DNA of 64,000 nucleotides from an uncultured virus (IMG/VR IMGVR_UViG_3300037067_011375). Lineage: Duplodnaviria; Heunggongvirae; Uroviricota; Caudoviricetes. The DNA is taken from positions 1-64,000 of IMG/VR virus record IMGVR_UViG_3300037067_011375; one strand, given 5' to 3'. The notes below the pieces were generated by a model, which was not told where the DNA came from, did not search any database, and worked only from the letters and a program-made list of their open reading frames with translations. This document shows, piece by piece, positions 11,543 through 19,118 of the stretch. Position numbers and translations under genes: made by a program. The stretch's first letter is position 1; every line of letters starts with the position of its first letter.

Positions 11543-11614
11543 GGGCCTGTCATCTACTGGCTAGGATCTGGGGCTCATAACCCCATGAACACGGATCGGA
11601 ACCGTGCGGGCCCA
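11543..11614 (+). tRNA. tRNA with CAU anticodon (Met or Ile2), atypical T-loop, no encoded CCA
   Basis: Acceptor GGGCCTG/CGGGCCC plus A73; D stem ATCT/GGAT; anticodon stem TGGGG/CCCCA with loop CTCATAA; T stem CACGG/CCGTG with loop ATCGGAA. Confidence 0.85.
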
Positions 11615-11632
11615 TAGTCAGAAAGCTAATCC

Positions 11633-12100
11633 ATGCACGGCTACGGTACTGCTAAAAATGACAAACATGCTTGGCTGACACGGTCAGGCTCTCGGTCAAC
11701 TGTGCCGAGCCCGCGTGGGCACTTCTTCGACTTGGTTGCACCAGAAAATCTTGAAGAACTGCCCTTGAATCAGCAGCGCAATATTGTTGCGAGGCAGTTT
11801 GAACTTGGCTGTGAGAAACTGAAGGCCCTGAAAGCTGACGCCAAAACGACCGTGCTGTCGCGCCGCCAGTATGACGCCTTGCGGGCCGAGTTGGTCGAGC
11901 GAAATACTTTCTGGTCGATTAAGTTGCAGGAGATCAACCGACAGATCAGTGCCGTGAGCACTCCGCCATTTTCCAAGGTTTTTCTTGAGGTCGCGAAGGA
12001 GATGCTCCCGACTGATGTTTTCCGACGAATCTACGAGGCAACCCAGAAACGTCTCGAGGAGGTCCAGGAGGCGCGTAAAACAGAGGGTGTTGCTCGTTGA
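11633..12100 (+). CDS. hypothetical coiled-coil protein
   Basis: ORF directly after the tRNA. Confidence 0.55.
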   Translation: MHGYGTAKNDKHAWLTRSGSRSTVPSPRGHFFDLVAPENLEELPLNQQRNIVARQFELGCEKLKALKADAKTTVLSRRQYDALRAELVERNTFWSIKLQEINRQISAVSTPPFSKVFLEVAKEMLPTDVFRRIYEATQKRLEEVQEARKTEGVAR

Positions 12101-12156
12101 TCCAGGAGGCAAGATGAACCCGAGTCAGACTGGCAGACAAAGGTTTACGTTTGAAT

Positions 12157-13767
12157 GGCTTGAAGGTGGGGAAGCACACTTAACTGCGCTTAAACAGTGT
12201 ACGTCGAGAATCAGAAATACCTACAATGGCTTGTAAGTTTACCCCGACGTTCATCGCGGAATTTCCTCTCCGGACCACCGAGGCCGACGAGGTAGAACTG
12301 TCCGTCAGGATGGAGGCGGCCCGCCATATTTACAACGCCTGTTTGGGTGAGTCACTGCGGCGGCTTGCTCTGATGCGGGAGTCCAAAGCATGGCAGGCCG
12401 CCAGGAAACTGCCCAAAAAGAAACGCACCGAGGCGTTCAAGGCGACCCTAGAAAAGTTTGGCTTCTCACCGGCTTCCATCCAGAAATTCGCCGAGCAATG
12501 CCGAGACGCCTGTTGGATCGGGGACCATCTTGGCTCCCACGACACCCAGACCACCAGCCTCAGGGCTTTCAAGGCTGTACAGCAGTATATGTTCGGGAAA
12601 CACGGTCGCCCTCGATTCAAAGGGTACAACAGGCTCCACAGCGTTGAGGGCAAAGCTAACGACGTAGTTCGTTTCAGGGTTGTACATGAGGTGCCCATGA
12701 TCTTATGGGCTGGATTAGTGCTGCCATTGTTACTGGACCCACAGGACCGAGGTGGTTGGCAAGCCCAGGCCCTTAAATGCAGGACAAAATATGTCAGAAT
12801 ACTGCGCCGTACTATCGGGACCACAACCAGATGGTACTGCCAATTGATCCAGGAAGGCACAGCCCCGAGGAAAGCGCGACACCCAACAGGTGACGGAACT
12901 GTGGGTTTGGACATCGGGCCCAGCACCATCGCGATCGTGGCACAGGACACCGCTCAGTTGGAAACCTTCTGCGCTGGTATAGAGCCACCAGCACGGAGGA
13001 TCAAGTTGATCCAGCGGGCCATGGACCGATCACGCCGTGCCACCAATCCCCAGGCGTACAACCCAAATGGTACCCATCGCCGGGGTGCACGGGCCACCAC
13101 CAAATCCAAGCGGTACCGCACTTTAGCGGCCGGAAAAGCCGATCTTGAGCGTCGTCTGGCCGCAGAACGCAAATGCGCCCAAGGCGAACTGGCCAACCGG
13201 GTCCTGGCCTTGGGCAACACGGTCAAAACGGAGGCCGTGAGTTATAAATCTTTTCAGCGCAATTTCGGACGTAGCGTGCAGTGTAGGGCTCCCGGTATGT
13301 TTATCTCGATCCTCAAGCGCAAGGCTGAAAGTGCCGGTGCTTCCGTGACGGAGTTTTCCACGTACCACACGAAGCTCTCGCAGTTTGACCACATGACTGG
13401 TCAGTGCAAAAAAAAGCCACTGAGCCAGCGGTACCATGAATTTCCAGACGGTACCAGAGTGCAGCGCGATCTGTACTCCGCGTGGTTGGCCCGCTACGTT
13501 GAACACGATCGACTCGACGTTTCCCAGTTGAAAACCGACTGGGCGGCTGCGGAACCGCTGCTGCGACAGGCGGCGTCGAGTTTCAACCAATCTGCGAGTA
13601 GGGGAGGCTCTGCCAACCCTTACGGTCCTGACCGTCAGAGCGGATCGTCTGTCAAAGAGGTAAAGCCGTTTCGTCGAGGCCACGGAGGTGTAGCGTGAGC
13701 GAGAACCGTGGAGAGATGGAACATCGACAACCTCGGAACCCCTGGGCTTCAACTCAGGGGAGGTTCA
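12157..13767 (+). mobile_element. tnpB-only IS200/IS605-family (IS1341-like) element
   Basis: tnpB with no tnpA; right-end hairpin CCCCTGGG...CTCAGGGG followed by AGGTTCA; in-silico excision restores an ORF. Confidence 0.75.
12226..13698 (+). CDS. tnpB: TnpB RNA-guided endonuclease
   Basis: ARHIYNACL N-terminal motif; RuvC I GLDIG, RuvC II KTE, RuvC III QRDLYSA. Confidence 0.9.
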   Translation: MACKFTPTFIAEFPLRTTEADEVELSVRMEAARHIYNACLGESLRRLALMRESKAWQAARKLPKKKRTEAFKATLEKFGFSPASIQKFAEQCRDACWIGDHLGSHDTQTTSLRAFKAVQQYMFGKHGRPRFKGYNRLHSVEGKANDVVRFRVVHEVPMILWAGLVLPLLLDPQDRGGWQAQALKCRTKYVRILRRTIGTTTRWYCQLIQEGTAPRKARHPTGDGTVGLDIGPSTIAIVAQDTAQLETFCAGIEPPARRIKLIQRAMDRSRRATNPQAYNPNGTHRRGARATTKSKRYRTLAAGKADLERRLAAERKCAQGELANRVLALGNTVKTEAVSYKSFQRNFGRSVQCRAPGMFISILKRKAESAGASVTEFSTYHTKLSQFDHMTGQCKKKPLSQRYHEFPDGTRVQRDLYSAWLARYVEHDRLDVSQLKTDWAAAEPLLRQAASSFNQSASRGGSANPYGPDRQSGSSVKEVKPFRRGHGGVA

Positions 13768-13787
13768 GGGTCAATCCTGACAAAATC
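13560..13787 (+). ncRNA. predicted omega RNA scaffold plus guide (boundaries approximate)
   Basis: Inferred from TnpB biology: the scaffold overlaps the tnpB 3' end and right end, and the guide is the flank GGGTCAATCCTGACAAAATC. Confidence 0.45.
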
Positions 13788-13868
13788 TGGCCCGACCCTG
13801 ATGGCACCATCATGGAGCGGTACCGCCGGCAGTACGAAGGCATGGATATTTAGGCAAGGAGGTGTATT

Positions 13869-14291
13869 GTGATGGTGACCTTTTTTGACCTTGTGTATGG
13901 TGTCATGCTGGGTTTAACGAAACTTGGTGTGTTCACCATTCGAACCGATGCTGCTGCCCACGCTGCCGCAGGTAAAGGTATTTTAGAAACACTGATAGGT
14001 CATAACTATGCAAATGGCCACGGTTGTACTTACCACGTGGAAAGAAACAAGGAGGTTAGAGAACTATTTTTCGGCGAGATCGCGTTTACTAATGCTGTAC
14101 ATCTGTATTTATCTCCTGTTCTTCCTTGGACGCCACAGCAGAATACTAATCTGACGGGTGTGCACATATGGGGGTTTGTTGGTGATACTGCTACGACAGA
14201 AAACGTAGTCTCAAAACTACAAAAATTTTTCTGTGTCGAGAGCACCCCCCCAGAAAATCTGGACCCTCCGGGAAGCCGTGGAGCAAAATAA
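13869..14291 (+). CDS. hypothetical protein (AT-richer than its neighbours)
   Basis: RBS AAGGAGGT. Confidence 0.55.
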   Translation: MMVTFFDLVYGVMLGLTKLGVFTIRTDAAAHAAAGKGILETLIGHNYANGHGCTYHVERNKEVRELFFGEIAFTNAVHLYLSPVLPWTPQQNTNLTGVHIWGFVGDTATTENVVSKLQKFFCVESTPPENLDPPGSRGAK

Positions 14292-14442
14292 AACTCGACA
14301 GCAATGCTGTGTCTGTGGCAAGGCCACCGTGCGGGTGGCCCTGTGCCTCACGGCGGTCCAGTATTGCCGATGCGTTGAGCATTTGGCGAAATAACGGGTA
14401 AAATGCAACCAGGCGGGCACTGGGCCCGCCGAAAGGATCCAG

Positions 14443-14796
14443 ATGGGTGAATTAATTAATTTGGATGGTACACCAGCTCGCTCTACCAAGGAGCCAGATC
14501 AGCCTGACCAGGAGCCCGAGGTCCAGCAGTTGCCACCCGGCGCCATGGTGATGGTGATCCCGATGGTTTGTCCCAGGTGTCAGGCCCAGGTGGCCATGCA
14601 GGTCAGGCCCGTGCTTCTGCACGTCAGGGCCGACGGGGTCCTGATGGCCGGGCCGGGTGAGCACGACGAGATCGTCGGGCAAGCCTTTACCGTAGGGCTG
14701 GACCGCCCCGGGATGCAGTGCCCCCAGTGTACCGGCAGCGGCCTGGTGGTGCCGTCAGGGATGCCTGGTGGTCTACCGCCGATGGGACCACGCTGA
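14443..14796 (+). CDS. hypothetical Zn-ribbon protein
   Basis: CPRC and CPQC; RBS AAAGGA. Confidence 0.55.
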   Translation: MGELINLDGTPARSTKEPDQPDQEPEVQQLPPGAMVMVIPMVCPRCQAQVAMQVRPVLLHVRADGVLMAGPGEHDEIVGQAFTVGLDRPGMQCPQCTGSGLVVPSGMPGGLPPMGPR

Positions 14797-14999
14797 TGGC
14801 CAAGCGTAAGCCCGAGGGCCCCACAGTGGACCGGATCACCGTGCTCAAATGGCTGGCCCAGCAGAATCGGGTCAACCGGGACTTGGAAACCATTCTGGTT
14901 GACATGACCCGTCAAACTTTGCAGTATCGTCGGATGCTGCACCGGCTCAAATGGACCGTGCGGCCCCGCCGGTTCAAACTTGCCCGAAAAGGTGTTTAA
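14796..14999 (+). CDS. small basic hypothetical protein
   Basis: Stop/start overlaps on both sides. Confidence 0.5.
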   Translation: MAKRKPEGPTVDRITVLKWLAQQNRVNRDLETILVDMTRQTLQYRRMLHRLKWTVRPRRFKLARKGV

Positions 15000-15868
15000 T
15001 GCTTCTTGACGAAACCCGCCAAGCCCTGGTCAAGCAGTTCGAGCACACCGACGTCCTGGACCATGGGTTCGTCCGGCTCGACGATTTAATGGGCGATGAC
15101 CACGATGTCTGCCGGGCAGCCAGGCTTTCCACTGGAAATACCAGGGCGAAAATTGACCTCGTGCGAGACGCCAAGCTCATCCATTATTTGATGCGGCACG
15201 AGCACCTGACGCCCTTTGAGCAGTGTGAGATCAAACTGCATATGCGGTTGCCCATTTTCGTAGCCCGGCAGATTCTACGCACCCGCACCGCGTCACCGAA
15301 CGAAATGTCAGGACGCTACAGCGAGTTGCCCAACGAGTTCTACATTCCTGAAAATCAGCATATCCGCAAGCAGGACTCGATCAACAAGCAAGGTAGCGCC
15401 GAACCCGTCGACGAACTGACGGCGCGGAGACAAAGTTTTGGTATGCGGAGCGTCTGCGAAGCCGATTTTGACCAGTACCATGTTGGTCTGGACGCGGGTG
15501 TGGCACGCGAGACCGCCAGGATTGTGCTGCCCCTCGGCACCTACACGGAAATCATTTTCAAAATCGACCTGCGAAATCTACTGCACTTCATCGTGCTCAG
15601 GACCGACCCTCACGCCCAATATGAAATCCAAGTCTACGCCGACGTCATGGCCAAGATCGTCAGGGCATGGGTGCCCCAGACCTGGGATGCTTTCGAGCAA
15701 TACCGGCTCAACGCTACCGTAGCTTCCTGGGCCGTTATGACGGCCTTGGCTAAAAATCCCAACTGTGTTGCCAGCATTGCTGCGGCCTTGACTGATAGCA
15801 ACCCTAACGTTGTGGACTTCAGAACTACGGCTGACGAGTTCATCGTGGCGCTCAAGTCGCTTGTCTAA
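14999..15868 (+). CDS. thyX: flavin-dependent thymidylate synthase
   Basis: VLDHGFVRL, H.TPFE, PIFVARQ, R(T)RTASPNEMSGRY, E.AR.VLP, LRNLLHF..LR...HAQYEI. Confidence 0.93.
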   Translation: MLLDETRQALVKQFEHTDVLDHGFVRLDDLMGDDHDVCRAARLSTGNTRAKIDLVRDAKLIHYLMRHEHLTPFEQCEIKLHMRLPIFVARQILRTRTASPNEMSGRYSELPNEFYIPENQHIRKQDSINKQGSAEPVDELTARRQSFGMRSVCEADFDQYHVGLDAGVARETARIVLPLGTYTEIIFKIDLRNLLHFIVLRTDPHAQYEIQVYADVMAKIVRAWVPQTWDAFEQYRLNATVASWAVMTALAKNPNCVASIAAALTDSNPNVVDFRTTADEFIVALKSLV

Positions 15869-15949
15869 ATTAGGCCAGTTGTCCAGCGTGGACAACCACC
15901 CCATTTTAAACAACTTCGTGCGGCTATCTACTAAGTAGTTTTTGATCTG

Positions 15950-15965
15950 TACGTTAATGTATCCT
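15950..15965 (+). promoter_or_regulatory. CACGTTA-type putative phage promoter (variant)
   Basis: TACGTTAATGTATCCT, intergenic, upstream of the transglycosylase. Confidence 0.4.
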
Positions 15966-16027
15966 ACTTACCCACCAGGGTGTTCCTGGTGGTCTACCAC
16001 CGGGATGGCCCGGCGAAAGGATCAATC

Positions 16028-16825
16028 ATGTCGCTAATCTTCATCCTGTTGCTACTGGCGATTCCCCAGCAGCACGACACCACGGTGCCCGATGCTATCC
16101 GGACGTTCGTGCCCGGCATCGTGGCGCCCACGACACTGCCGACCGACGCCATGATCGTCAGGGCCATCAAGGCCCTGGAGGCCCGGGGGGTTCCGGTCAC
16201 GGACGATAGGGCTGCCCAGTACGCCAAGTTCATCTTGGCAGCAGCTCGACGCCATGGGATTGACCCCTACCTGCTGGTCGCGGTGGCGCGTGTCGAGTCC
16301 AACTTCACGCCGGCAGTTCGGCCTGATTTTCGGTGCAAGACCCCTGGGTACCAGTATTGCAGCCAGGACTGTGGAGTTACCCAGCAGAATTTCTCGGGGC
16401 GTCCGAAGTGGGTGTTGGCTCGCTGCAAGCAAGTCCAGCAGGACCCGGCTGAGTCATTCATGTTGGCGGCCGACGAGTTGGCCAAGCACGCGGTCTGGTG
16501 CCGTGAAAAAATCCACCTGGACAGCACACCTGAGCGTTGCATCTTGAACCGGTACAACGGTGGCCCCTACTATCGGCGGGTCGAGCAGTGCCGCAAGATG
16601 GGGTGTGATGCTCTTCCCCTCGAGCGTCAAGGGCGTTGCCGATTCAGCCAGCGGCGCTGCATGGTGACCGCCACCTACTGGACCAAGGTCATGTGCTACC
16701 AGGAGGCCGCCAGGACCGCGACGACCCCGACGAAAAACTGCCACTGGTGTTGGAGCGTGGACGACATCCCCAGCCACTTTTCTCAAGGGATCCAAGGTAA
16801 TGCTGGATCCAAAGCCATTAGATAA
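16028..16825 (+). CDS. secreted lytic transglycosylase (SLT domain), Cys-rich
   Basis: Hydrophobic N-terminus; HGIDPYLLVAVARVESNF catalytic Glu motif; GVTQ; RYNGG. Confidence 0.8.
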   Translation: MSLIFILLLLAIPQQHDTTVPDAIRTFVPGIVAPTTLPTDAMIVRAIKALEARGVPVTDDRAAQYAKFILAAARRHGIDPYLLVAVARVESNFTPAVRPDFRCKTPGYQYCSQDCGVTQQNFSGRPKWVLARCKQVQQDPAESFMLAADELAKHAVWCREKIHLDSTPERCILNRYNGGPYYRRVEQCRKMGCDALPLERQGRCRFSQRRCMVTATYWTKVMCYQEAARTATTPTKNCHWCWSVDDIPSHFSQGIQGNAGSKAIR

Positions 16826-16858
16826 AACTTTTTACCTTGTGGTGAGGCAAGGGATTTC

Positions 16859-16887
16859 TTGACTGTCTTGCCTCGCCATGCTACAGT
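16859..16887 (+). promoter_or_regulatory. sigma70-type promoter with extended -10, probably leaderless
   Basis: TTGACT-N17-TACAGT with TG at -15/-14; ATG 16894 six nt downstream. Confidence 0.6.
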
Positions 16888-16893
16888 ACCCCT

Positions 16894-17235
16894 ATGTTTA
16901 ACCATCCCACCAGTTACCGTAGTGCCATGTCTCCGCCTGTTTTGTTGATGGAACGGTCGTACAAGTTTTTCGTCAACAGTCGGGAAGACCCTAGAATGCA
17001 CATTCATGTGTGCGAAGGGCGTAATCCTAGACAAGCCACCAAAATGGCCAGATTTTGGCTAGAGCGCGACGGGAGACTGGAAGTTTCTTTGGACGAGTCC
17101 CCGACCGAAACGTTCGGGTTTAGTCCGTCGGAACTGGCCGTTTTTCAGGAAATGGTTGAGGAACACCTAGACGTTTTTGTAGCCGATTGGCAGAAGAGGT
17201 TTCCCCGTGCGCCCACTAGAGATCGTCGCGGTTAG
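16894..17235 (+). CDS. DUF4160-family protein (putative toxin)
   Basis: YKFFVNSRE.PRMHIHV...ARFWL...GFS..EL. Confidence 0.75.
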   Translation: MFNHPTSYRSAMSPPVLLMERSYKFFVNSREDPRMHIHVCEGRNPRQATKMARFWLERDGRLEVSLDESPTETFGFSPSELAVFQEMVEEHLDVFVADWQKRFPRAPTRDRRG

Positions 17236-17452
17236 CGGACAAGGACTAACGCTGCGCCTGTACGACCAGCAACCTGATGGCGACGACGTTGTCCTGTTGT
17301 TCACGGATTTCCCGTGGTTCGCTGGCCAACCTATGGTCTTGCTACAGCAGTACGATGACATGGGTGGCCAAGTCTGTTGGCCTGCCCTTGACGTAGACCT
17401 AGACTACGCCACGATGCGACACCCCGAGCGGTATCCATTGGTCCACTGCTAG
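17207..17452 (+). CDS. DUF2442-family protein (putative antitoxin)
   Basis: F.DFPWF...WPALDVDL...HPERYPL; overlaps the DUF4160 gene. Confidence 0.75.
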   Translation: MRPLEIVAVSGQGLTLRLYDQQPDGDDVVLLFTDFPWFAGQPMVLLQQYDDMGGQVCWPALDVDLDYATMRHPERYPLVHC

Positions 17453-17515
17453 CCCCCTTCTCCCGTCGTAACCGGCTGGTTCTAGCTGGTCCCCATCCCC
17501 GTAGCCTCGGCCCAC

Positions 17516-17531
17516 CACGTTAATATTTAAT
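17516..17531 (+). promoter_or_regulatory. CACGTTA-type putative late promoter heading the terminase operon
   Basis: CACGTTAATATTTAAT, intergenic. Confidence 0.55.
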
Positions 17532-17563
17532 GGAAGGACCCACAGTGGTTCTGGTGTACCCCC

Positions 17564-18256
17564 ATGCCCACTCCCGTCGATATCATGGCGATGGCGCAGG
17601 AACTGCGCGATCTCCTGTCACTCCACCTGGCCCCTGTTTTCGTCGTGGAAGAGAAAATGGAGCGGATCGACGACGCCACCGTGGTCTACACGGTTGACTC
17701 AACCGATGAAACTGCTGTGTCGTCGGCGGTCAAGAAATCCGTGGACATTTTCAAGGTCCAGCGCGAGGACATTGATGTCAAGGCCGAGGGGGTAGCCCAG
17801 GATCCCCAGCGGTACCGTGCCACCATTACCCTGACGACGGCACCCGAGTCGGTCGCGGGGGAACTGGCGGCCCACAACGCTGCGGTCAAGACCGCCGACA
17901 CCTCTGGGGTCCTGCCGGTCGCCCTACAGGTTGGAGAACATCTTTTCGGCCTGGAAGACCAGCAGGGCAAGGTTGTGGTCCTGCAGGACGGGATTGAGGT
18001 TGGGTCGGGTGCATCGACCGCTGAGGCTTTCGGGCTGCTCTTTACCTTGGCGGTCCCGGTGTTTTGGACCGCGTTGTTTCCCACCCGGGAAACACCTGAT
18101 GATCAAGAGAACCAAATTAATCGTGACCGAGACATTATTGACGGGATCATGCCGCTCCTGCTGGCCAGCCCAGCGGTCCAGGGTGACGCCGCCGACCTTT
18201 TAATTTCGTTTTATGAAGCCGCGACGCTCCGGAAGGCGCCGCCCCAGGATGCCTAA
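17564..18256 (+). CDS. hypothetical protein
   Basis: ORF; contains VKTA. Confidence 0.6.
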   Translation: MPTPVDIMAMAQELRDLLSLHLAPVFVVEEKMERIDDATVVYTVDSTDETAVSSAVKKSVDIFKVQREDIDVKAEGVAQDPQRYRATITLTTAPESVAGELAAHNAAVKTADTSGVLPVALQVGEHLFGLEDQQGKVVVLQDGIEVGSGASTAEAFGLLFTLAVPVFWTALFPTRETPDDQENQINRDRDIIDGIMPLLLASPAVQGDAADLLISFYEAATLRKAPPQDA

Positions 18257-18829
18257 ATGTGGACATTTGCCGCCGATTTGAAATCATGGGAGTCGGTGGG
18301 AGGGATCGTGGTCGTGGTGCTGTCGGTTGGAACCTCGATCGTGTCGTTTTTCCTGTCCCGCAGGGCCAACGCGTTAAAGCGTGACGAGGAACAACAGCGC
18401 AAAGAAGCGGAGCAACAGGCCGCGGCCCTGAAACTTTACTGTGACCAACAGGTCGGGGCTTTGGCGGCGTCACTCCAACAGCTCAAGACCGCGGTAGAGT
18501 TCGCGGCCCAAGCGTTCCAAGATGTCAAGCAGCAGCAGTCCGCCGCCGTCCAGGAGATCTGGGCCACGGTCGACACGATGGAAAAGAATTGCACTCGTCA
18601 CCAGTCCGTGGGGTTTGGCGAGACCATGCAGTTGCTCCGGCGAGATGTCGACAAGGTGTTGGCTGGTCTGGACCGTACCGACCAGGAAATGCGCCGCTAC
18701 GTCTCGACTGAAAGTTATCGGCATGACTTGAAGTTGTGGACCAACAGTTTCAATACCATGAGACAGTCGATCCACGACCTAGCCTTGCTGGTCAGGGGTA
18801 TCCTGGAGGCCGGTCGCGATGGCAACTGA
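18257..18829 (+). CDS. membrane-anchored coiled-coil protein
   Basis: N-terminal TM segment (GGIVVVVLSVGTSIVSFFL) followed by a coiled coil. Confidence 0.6.
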   Translation: MWTFAADLKSWESVGGIVVVVLSVGTSIVSFFLSRRANALKRDEEQQRKEAEQQAAALKLYCDQQVGALAASLQQLKTAVEFAAQAFQDVKQQQSAAVQEIWATVDTMEKNCTRHQSVGFGETMQLLRRDVDKVLAGLDRTDQEMRRYVSTESYRHDLKLWTNSFNTMRQSIHDLALLVRGILEAGRDGN

Positions 18830-19118
18830 CGCACGTCAAAACTTTTTAGACACCCTGGATTCAGACCAAGACATCGATCTTGGCGATGAAGTCACGACCT
18901 CGGGGATCACGATCGAGGATGACGCGGGCGAACGGTGCATCACGGCCGTGATCGCCCAGTTCGAGGAGGAAGGTGACCCGGTTCGCGCGGCGTTTCTCGA
19001 GGCCATGCGGGCCACGGTCCTGGAAGCCCGAAATACCGCGATGCTGGCGAGAGCTGCCTGCAAGGTCTTGGCTGAAAAGCGTCAGCGTCGCCAACGGCAT
19101 GGGTCCCATCCTCGATGA
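18819..19118 (+). CDS. hypothetical protein
   Basis: Overlaps neighbours; RBS GGAGG. Confidence 0.5.
   Translation: MATDARQNFLDTLDSDQDIDLGDEVTTSGITIEDDAGERCITAVIAQFEEEGDPVRAAFLEAMRATVLEARNTAMLARAACKVLAEKRQRRQRHGSHPR

Larger units (their letters stand above)
12114..13853 (+). pseudogene. 42-aa ORF interrupted by the tnpB element
   Basis: Joining 12114-12156 to 13768-13853 gives MNPSQTGRQRFTFEWVNPDKIWPDPDGTIMERYRRQYEGMDI*, with RBS AGGAGG. Confidence 0.6.

Noticed and set aside
12157..13860. TnpB as a Cas12f CRISPR effector or as an IStron
   Set aside because: No adjacent array, and only about 70 nt precede tnpB, too short for a group I intron; the same applies to the element at about 35300
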